From assembly GCA_039096225.1 (NCBI GenBank), contig JBBPEB010000028.1:806001-870000 (forward strand): a stretch of 64,000 nucleotides of DNA. Direction: 5' to 3'. Below the pieces are notes generated by a model. The model was not told where the DNA came from, did no database searches, and was given only the letters and a program-made list of their open reading frames with translations. This stretch comes from Blastocystis sp. Blastoise. Taxonomy: Eukaryota; Protista; Bigyra: Opalinata. The first letter of the stretch is position 1. Every line of letters begins with the position of its first letter. The position numbers and the translations under genes are program-made. Positions 54,317-64,000 of the stretch are shown here, one piece after another.

Positions 54317-57300
54317 ATGAGTGATAAAGGAGTGAATCCATTGAAAAGTATTATTTATAAACAAATCAATGGAGTAGATGCACCTCCACGAGAAAAAGGT
54401 ATTTTCAATCCCACTCAAAGAAAAGCTCCAGAAGAAACTCGTGGAAATCTCCCAAAGGCTCAGATGAGGTTTGCTCCAAGTTATAAAGTTGCTCCTACGA
54501 AATTTATGACACACAATGATGGAGCTGATGATAAGAATACTCTTTTGCATGTTCAGGATGTTCCTGACGTCGAAGGTGGTGTCAAGGATCTTATAGACAA
54601 GTTTGATAGAATTCAATCAACGACAAAACCTTTATTATCTGAAAATGACCGATTGAAACCTTCGTTATCCAGTACATTCTCAAATACATATTCAAATACA
54701 TATTCAAATACATATTCAAATACATATTCAAATACTCAGTCGTCAAAAGAGAATTCTTCGTTTTCGAAACAAACTATTCTATCTGAAGAACAAATCCCCA
54801 AAACCTCTGAAATATCTACTCCTGTGATTCCAAATAGGAATAATGGTCGTCAAATGGATAGTACTTGGCAACAACAAACTAAGAATTCATACAGTGAATC
54901 AATTCTTCCAAATAATAACAATTCTCAATCTTTATTTAATACATCTGTATTTATATTTATAGTTTATTATTAATATTTTTTTCATTTATTTTATTTTTAA
55001 ACATTTTTTTTTATAAACTATTAATATATATATATATTATATTTTATATATATTATTCTATTTAGATGCCAGCAAGAGATAGTGGTATGTTCAATTCTTC
55101 AGTGAATAACGTTCTTCTAGATAAGAATAATAAGGATAATAATAATAGTTCATTTCTTTCGAATTCGATTCCTTCTTTTTCCAGACCTTCTTTAATATAT
55201 ACTAAGAATACAAATAAAACACAATTAGATGTATATCCCAGTATATATGAAGATTCAAGTTCATCTTTTCACAATTTATCTTCTCTCTCTCCTAAAGATA
55301 CAAATACGTTATTTCCTTCAGAAATCACAAGTCAACCTGACACTATTAATGATTCCTTTCTCTCTGTTTCTTCATCTCCATCTAAACCTATATCACAAAC
55401 TAGTATATATAATATAAAATAGGCTATTTTTTATTGTAATAATCATTTTATTATTATTATTATATTATTGTTTTTATTATTATATTATATTATATAGAGC
55501 AATCTACTTCTACAGATGGATATATATCTCCTCCTCCTTTGTCATTGCCATTAAAATCACATAATCAAGGAATAATACCTTCTCAGTCAAATATATCTAT
55601 ATCTACAACTATTCATCCTTCTTCTCCTCCTTCATCTGTTATCTCAGAAGATGTAACGAGAAGAACATTACGTTTTAGTAGTGTTTCTTCTGAATCACAT
55701 CCTTCTAGTCTCTCTAATAATAACAATAACAATAACAATAATAATAATAATAATTCAACAAATATTAATAATAATAATACAGCAAATTCAGCGATTATAG
55801 TTACTCAGCCAGAAGAACAGTCTTCTCCTATTATTACTCCTTCCTCTTCTCCTATCATTACTCCTTCTTCTTCTCCTATCATTACTCCTTCTCCTTCTCC
55901 TATTATTACTCCTTCTCCTACTCCAAAGAAATTATCTTCTACTACTTCAATGAATGTATATACACAGAATTCAAATGCTTCTCTTTCATCTACTTACCCT
56001 AATACTATAAATAACTCACAATCTACTCTTTCTTCTTCAAATATACAAAATACTCAAAAATCTCTACTGAATTCATCTCAAAATACAAGTCAATCACAAT
56101 ACAATGTGCAATTAAATACACAAAATACATCGCAATCCTCTATAGATAAAGATTCTTTGTCTTCAAAAGTCTCTTTCTCTCAAACTCCTTCTAATACAAT
56201 AAAAAGAACATCGACTATAAATTCATTATTATCTTCAGAAAGTTCTATTGATGACACATCATTCTTTGAAGATGAAACAGATGATGAACAACATATAACT
56301 ACTATTACTCCTTCTCCTTCTTCTATTAATAATAATAATAATAATATTAATAATAGTAATTCTATTAATAATAATAATATTTCTCAAGATATAAATAATA
56401 AAACACTCTCTATATCTGAAGATCGCAATTCTACATTATTAAATCAACAATTAAATAGTATTTTGAATAACAGTACTCTTAGTAATACAAAAAGTCCTCT
56501 CTCTCCTTCTCAACCTCAACCCTCAAAACCTATATCTTCATCTATTAATACGTCTAATAGTATAGATACAAACTTTTCTTTCTTATCAAATTCTTTAGAC
56601 GACTCTATGAATAACACAAATAATAATAATAATAATATTTCTCAAGTAGTTTCATCTGATATTCCTTCTTCAATACCTTTAAGTTCAGTAACAACACGAA
56701 GAGGAACATCCTTTTATCATAATTATTCTCCTTCTAATAATACTGCTTCTCCTTCTAATAATACTGTTTCTCCTTCTAATAATACTATATCTCCATCAAA
56801 TATATCGAAATCTCCTGTATCTCTTCTAAATAATAAACAAAATATATTACAAAATAATACTACTCTTTCTTCTTCACCAAACACACGTGACTCAGAAATA
56901 AGTCAATCATTTGATTCGCTACTTAATATTACTATTCCTGTAGATCCATCTCCTCCTAAATATTCTAAACATATATCTATTGATCCTATTTCACCTTCTC
57001 AAACAATAACTTCTTCTTATACTAAAGATATCTCTAACAATAATACACAATCTATTCCTTCTCCTTCAAGTATTCAACAAGAAAATCATTCTCTAAACGC
57101 CAAACAATCTATCGATATAAATATATCTAATGATTCGTCATATATTCCTCCTCAAGATGGAACACAATCGTTAATTGACCAATCAATCGATTCACCTTCA
57201 TTCGATACATGTGATAGTGATGATAATATATCTGTTCATAATATGAATATGTCTAAATATATCACTTTAAATGAATCCTATAATGGTATAGGTATATATG

Positions 57301-57795
57301 AAGATTCTCTTTATAATCCTATTCAACAAACTATTCAATCTAATTTCATGAATAATAGTATATATATATATATTTTATATATTATTTATTATTCTATATA
57401 GATCCATTAGAATATATTCATCAAACAATTATTCTTTATTATACACAACAAATACCTTTTTTACATAGTATATATATTTATATAATAATATATAATTATT
57501 ATTCTATATATATATAGATTCAAGTTCAGAATATATACATAGTTTAGAAGAATGTTTTCCTTCCTATAATTCATTATTTACAAATATTCAACTATCCAAT
57601 GTATTACAACCTTCACCCTTCTATATATATACATTAAGTATACTCTGGGATCAATCGAAAGATACTCAAACTTCTACTACTCCATTATGGAAAACATATA
57701 CAAAACAATGCTTAGAAAAATATAAATTAAATAATTTTATTTATGGGTATACTTATATTTCTGAAGAAAATGGAAATTTTATTTACCAACTTTAA
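54317..57795 (+). CDS. Large Ser/Asn/Pro-rich protein of unknown function with small globular C-terminus
   Basis: Long open exons (ORFs of 218, 118 and 620 aa) joined by GT-AG introns; internal repeats TYSN, SSPIITPS, SPSNNT; TAA 57793-57795. Confidence 0.75.
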
Positions 57796-58170
57796 TTTGT
57801 TTTCAATATCATCATGTGTACTATCTGTATTTTTAGTAGTCTTATAGATTTATTCTGATATAGCTTTCTTTATTATATATTTTATTATTTTTTTGTATTG
57901 ATTTATTTTATTTAGTTGTTTTTTTAATCAAAGAAGTTTTATCTTGTTATAGAAATGTTTATGATTTGCTGAAAGCAAAGAAGCTAATGAGTATTCAAGA
58001 AAACAATAAAAATAATAAACAAAAAATAGAACTTTTAAAAGAGGGAAAAAGACCCTATCAGTAAGGCGTGAGTGACAGTATTCGTGATTAATTTATAGAA
58101 AAGTTTATAAGAATTGAAATAATCATAAAAATCGAAAAATGAGAAAAATAGATGAATTTAAATAGCATTA

Positions 58171-59314
58171 ATGGATAATAATGATATAGAAAGAGATACT
58201 ACGCCTACTTCTGAAGAAGAAGATGAGGATTTTGTAAGAATAGTCTCTATTAATGAGTAATTTATGTGTAGACAGCTGAATTAGATGAGCCGGCAGGACA
58301 ATTATATGTCACAACAAGAAGTGGTAAAGGTCACGAGGAAGGTGAGACAAAAATTGATCCTATTTCAAGTGAACGAAAAATGAAAGCGTTAGCATTTCTT
58401 AACGATATGCTTGAGGAATCATATCAACCTGTGGATCCTATTAAAAGAAAAGCAGAATTGGGAACAAATTGGAAAGACATCATGGTTCCTGAGAAGAAAA
58501 AGAAAATGGATTCAGCAACTGATGGAAAAGAAACAGATCAGCATCAGAATACAATTAAGCCAAATGAAAATATAACAAAGAACGAAGAAGAAACGAAGAA
58601 ATTAGATAATGATAAAGAAGAAGAAGAAGATCGTAAGATGGAAATTCGTCGATTAGCAGCAGAAGTATTAGCAAATAATAAAACTGTAGTAACTACAAAA
58701 AAAGTTAAATTTGCTGGTCAAGAGATTATGTATATATTAATAGAATTATGGAATGATTCATAAATAATAGTATTATGATTTATTTAAATGAAAATACTTA
58801 GAATATTTTTTTTTTATAAATATATATAAATATAGTGTAGAGAATGATAGTAAACCCGCTGAAGTATCAACTTTAGATACATTATTATCAAATATATCAG
58901 AAAAGAAGTCTATTTCTACTATTGAAAAGACATCTTATGATTGGGAGAAATATAAAAAAACAAGTGGCGACAAAGATGAAGTAGAAAAATCAAAATTAAA
59001 TGGGTATATAGTTAGTTGTTTTTATTATATATTTATTATATTTTTATTATATTTATTATATATTTATTATATTTTTATTATATAAAATAAATTTTTTATT
59101 ATATTTTTTATTATATTTTTATTATATTTTTATTATATTTTTATTATATATTTATTATATTTATTATATATTTAATTATTGTTTTTTCTATAGTTTTATT
59201 GAAAAACAAGAATTCTTAAATAGGGTAGATCAACGTAGATATGAAAAAGAAAGGGTAGAAAAAGAAAAAGAACGATATAAAAGAGAATTACAAACTATGA
59301 AAAACAAAAATTAA
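58171..59314 (+). CDS. CFDP1: CFDP1/Swc5 (BCNT-domain) SWR1 subunit
   Basis: SEEEDEDF, VKFAGQEI, LDTLL..KKSISTIEKTSYDWEKYK, G|FIEKQEFLNRVD. Confidence 0.9.
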
Positions 59315-59693
59315 TTCATTTAGATGTTGTACTCTATATTTTAACTTTCTACAATTGTGGTTAACTTGTTTATGTTGCTAAATTTATGATTAATGAAACA
59401 ATAATGAAAAATGGTTTTTTGTTCATTTGATAAATATCATGATTATACTATTATTTAACTTTGTATTATATTTGATTTCGTTTAAATTACTTTAAACAAT
59501 ATGAATATAAATAATTAATCAATATAGAAAAAGTATTCAATAAAAAAAAGAAAAGAAAAAAATTAAATTTATTTTATTTTCATTTTCATTCATTTTAAAA
59601 TATAGCATCAGAATTTTATTCAGATTCATATCTGCAAGCTTCTTTATTTAATAAAAGATAACCCTTAGAACAGAATTTGTTGCAATTAAGCAA

Positions 59694-60656
59694 ATGTTTT
59701 CTGGACTTCATATTGTTTCTACTGATTTTGATGCAACTCAAATTGTATAGTTATAATGAATATATTAAAGCTATTTTTATTAGGAAACATTAAAAAAGAA
59801 TGTTGAAGATAATGGAGGTGAATATTGTGGAACACTTTCAACCAACACAACTCATCTAGTCGTTGCTAAATCTGGTTCAAATAAATTTTTAGTATAAAAA
59901 GAGCATATCTTTATGATGATAATCTCATTTTTCATTTAAATAGGTAGCAATGAAATATCAGATTCCAATTGTTACAATAGAATGGATAGATGACTGTATT
60001 AAGCATAAGAAACTCGTTGATATTAATTCCTATAAACCGCCATTATTCTATAAATTATATTTTACAACCACTGGAGCTAATGCAGGTATGAAATATATTT
60101 ATCTATATTCATAATGATTTTATAGTGAATATTTATTGTAAAATTTATTATATATTATGTTTATTATTATTATATTATTATTATTATATATATATAGAGG
60201 AGATAGCAGTTATTCAGAGATCTATCGTAGCAGAAGGAGGTATATATGACGCCAGATTATTATATGGAAAAACAGATCTATTGCTGATTTGTAACGGTAA
60301 TGTTGACAGTCAAAAAGCAAAATGGGCACGTGCACATCAACTTCTTTCTGTTCCATTAGAATGGATGACAACCTGTATTCAAAAAGGAAGTATATAATAT
60401 ATATTAATATATATATATATATATATATGTTGAATAGTTTATTTGGATCCCAATTTATTTCCTTTAAATCAATCTCAAGATTCCCGTGGGAATGGGAATG
60501 TTTCTATTACGAAGAATTCAAATGGCTGCCTTGAAATACCATCTTTAGAAACAAATATAGGTATATATATTTTATTATTTTTATATTTTTTAATATTCAT
60601 ATATATATATATATATATAGAAGTTTTTACTCCACCAAAACAAGAAACTAGTGATA

Positions 60657-60700
<44 letters not shown>

Positions 60701-60949
60701 TATATATATTGTTTATAGATATTGTAAACAAGTATATAAACCAAGTGTCCAAAGTTGATAGTCATAATAATTCAAAAGATATATCTATGACACTCTCCAC
60801 GTTATTAGTTGCTAAGAACATTGTTTCGAAACCCCCTCAATCCGTGTCTTCTTCCCCTCGTCCCCCTCCATTGTGTTCCCTTATTCAGAACACAATTATA
60901 GCTAAAGAAACAGAATTAGCATTCAAAGATAATAATAATAATAATAATG

Positions 60950-60995
<46 letters not shown>

Positions 60996-61275
60996 TAATA
61001 ATATTTCAGATGATAATAATAACACTCTACTAAAACGATCGTCTACGTCATCATTACACTCGTATTCCCACGGGAATCGGACACTTTCTACAGCAATTAA
61101 TTCCTCTCAGCCAAAGCAAACTACGTCTTTAGATTCCCGCGGTTCTCCTACACTTCCCAAGTTATTTTTCTCTCCTCCTCCTGATTATTTCTTTACAGGT
61201 TGTGTCTTTTATTTCCAAGGAGACTCTATATGGAAATCGAAATATAATATTATCATTATGAATCAGGGAGGAATG

Positions 61276-61337
<62 letters not shown>

Positions 61338-63377
61338 TTGGATATTTTATGTCCTTGTGTAACCCATATAATTGTCCAATCAAAAGAGTCCTTTTTTAAT
61401 ATTTCAAAACAGATTCGAACGCTAACAATGATGCCCTTACATGATCATTTCTTTAAAGAGAATTATATTGATGATTGTGTCTCTAAACAAAAATTATTAT
61501 CTCCAGACAAACAATATTATTGGAGAGAAGGATTATTTGGAGGGATTCTCTTTATGGTGTTTCCCTTTGCACGTGATACAGATAAAGTGACACAAATTAT
61601 TACTGCGAATAGTGGTGTCACTATTCCCTATATTCCTGAAGATTCCCGTGGGGAGGATACTCCTCATTATGATTATATAGTCTGTCCTAATAGTGTAGAT
61701 ACAGATATATATAAAGACAAAAAATCAGTTTCTGTTCGATGGTTAAGAGAATGTATCGAAAAGAGTAAAATAATATCTATTGATGATAGTCCTCTTTTTA
61801 AACCTATGGCGCCAATATTAACCGGGAAATCGATATGTATTAGTGGATTAGAACGAAAAGAAAAAATATTCCTTGAAAAAATGATCGTGTATATATATAT
61901 ATATATATATTTGTGTAATATATTGTTTTATTATCCTAATATTCAATTATATATATATATAATTTATGTATATATCTATGATAATATTATTCTATATATA
62001 TATATATATAGAAGTATGAGAGGTTCTGTATGTCCTTCTATTCTTCCTTCTACATCACTATTAATCGCTGGAAATATATATACACAGAAAGTGAAACAAG
62101 CCACTAGCTCTTCTATTCCTATTGTTAATAAACAATATATTCTAGATATTAATATACATTTATATATATTATATATATTATTATATATATTATTACATAT
62201 TAGTATCTATTATCTATTATATATATATATATAGTCCTCTTTATTACCCTATGATGAGTATCACGTGACATTCGATACAATAGACACAAATGACCCTGTA
62301 TATATATATATATAAATAACTATATATATAGATTGAAAATACAATGTCTATGCCTACAAAAGAAAGTATTCATTATATATAATAATACATATAATATAAA
62401 ATAATATTTATATATATGTATATAGATAAAGCAAGACCGTTATTACCTCTTCAAACTGATTTTTCTGCAGTTCCCCACGGGAATCTGTCTCCCTATAAAT
62501 CACCCCTCTCTTTTCCTTCTCCCCAAAATACCGATATTACAAATAGTCCTATAACCGCGGGAATCAGTGAGGATCAAGAGATATCCAATCGCATTCAGAG
62601 ATTGATTGACGCGAATACAAATCCTCAAAAGAATCAAAACAACGATATGTCTAAAGAAAATAATTCTATAAATAAAGTAGATAAACAAGTAGAAAACTCT
62701 CCTTCAAAAATCAGACCGTTTCAGATTGATTTCAGTCATATGAATTCTTCTTCTTATGTATATACTGATTTAGAAAAAGAAAATCGAAAGATGAAAAGTG
62801 TTTCGACAGTGGAAACAAATAGTGTTTCTTCTAAAGATACTATGTCTGTAGAGAAATCCAATTCTGTTGATCGAGTATCTGTCTCTTCTGATTCTCATCA
62901 TAACCGCGGGAATAATGCAGGCTCTATTGTAGACATCACTCATAATGGTATATATAATAGTAATACTATTGTTATGATTATTAGTTAATACTTATGTATA
63001 CTTATTAAGTCTATATATATATATATATAGAAGATAGTGAGATAGAATTTGAAGAAGGAATTGAGGACATATCAAAAGATATTACTATGAATCGATTCTC
63101 TTTAGATACATTGAAACAAACAATCATGAATAATACACGAATCTCTAGTTCTAAAGATGATATTCCCGCGGGAATAAATCAATTCGTAGAGATTCTTGAT
63201 GAGAATTCCATGAATGAATTGAAAGAAAACGAAAAAGGAAAACAAAAAGAAAACGAAAAAGAATTGACAAAGAAGAAAAGGGGAAGACCTAAAACAAAGT
63301 ATATAGAGTTATATATAGTTATATATAGTTATATATATATATATAGAAAACAAGTCATAAAAAAGAAAGGAAAATAA
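59694..63377 (+). CDS. Multi-BRCT protein, TopBP1/Cut5/Dpb11-like
   Basis: At least 5 BRCT repeats: NGGEY..TTHLVV..IPIVTIEWIDDC, VPLEWMTTC, VTHII..YIDDC, VSVRWLREC, LTGKSICISG..IPIVNKQYILD. Confidence 0.82.
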
Positions 63378-63812
63378 AAATATAGAAAAAATAGGATATA
63401 ATAATATCATATATCGTACACGTGTTATAAATAGAAAAATAATATATTCACATGATTGTTATGTTTTGATTAGTGTATATGTTTATATAAAGTTAAAAAA
63501 ATATGTTTATACTAAATGAAATGAAAGAAAGAATTTTTAAAGTCATTTTTTGGAATAATATCTCTTTTTGTTAACGAGTTATTCACAAGTTTATATAACA
63601 TTAAAATAGAAAAAAAAATAGTATTAGATTTGTGTTTTGACATAGAAATAACGTATTAAAAAAGTGAATTATTGAGTTAGTAGCTTACTAATAAAATGGT
63701 TTCAATATATATAAATAATTGTCTATTTCAAGCAATACATATATAAGAATAAACAAATTTATAAAAATATGAATTAAACACAAAAAAAATATATTAATAT
63801 ATAAAAATATAA

Positions 63813-63947
63813 TTATTCTTGAATAACTGTCTTCTTTTCTTCTGTTTGATCTTTTTTGGGTTCTTGAGAGGGCGTTGTTGTTGTGTTTTCCTTTTCTAAT
63901 TCTTTTGATATCTTTTCATATATAGAATATATATATCCATTCGCAGC
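63813..63947 (-). CDS. Terminal exon of a gene starting beyond the window
   Basis: After a TATAG acceptor, open frame ..NGYIYSIYEKISKELEKENTTTTPSQEPKKDQTEEKKTVIQE* (TAA 63813-63815). Confidence 0.6.
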   Translation of the reverse strand, partial: AANGYIYSIYEKISKELEKENTTTTPSQEPKKDQTEEKKTVIQE

Positions 63948-64000
63948 TATATATAGAGATATAGATAATATATATATATATATAGTTATATATATATAGT

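Noticed and set aside
5337-63377. Polyadenylation-created stop codons (Blastocystis-type, with downstream TGTTTGTT)
   Set aside because: Every complete gene I could trace has a genomic TAA; only loose GT-rich tracts follow some stops

Overview
Very AT-rich, intron-dense eukaryotic nuclear DNA. Short 35-47 nt first introns, AT-AC minor introns and an organellar POP polymerase are compatible with a Blastocystis-like stramenopile, but that assignment is inference only. Two gene-dense flanks (1-38.4 kb and 53.6-64 kb) carry about 17 spliced genes: CWC25, CDK11-like, ABCF, NIP45/Rad60-like, a UEV-kinase fusion, two glycosyltransferase-like genes, a divergent Rab, a LAMTOR5-like gene missed by the ORF track, Got1, a CK1/VRK-like kinase, a PSTAIRE CDK, Sec8, ATCase, organellar TyrRS, a Ser/Asn-rich protein, CFDP1/Swc5 and TopBP1. 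Between them lies a ~15 kb gene-poor block with tRNA-Gly(GCC), a MIF-like pseudogene, a second decayed gene and an ~11 kb almost spacer-less palindrome (~42.5-53.5 kb). The two arms differ by a few transitions and by the exact presence or absence of a 35-nt GT-AG intron. The right end of the palindrome cuts the POP DNA polymerase gene at an intronic (TA)n. Other notable signals are two AT-AC U12 introns sharing a variant branch point, a recurrent GC-rich palindrome ATTCCCRCGGGAAT inside exons, and (TA)n-bracketed introns that are absent from gene 5' ends. All gene models were spliced by eye and no database searches were run.
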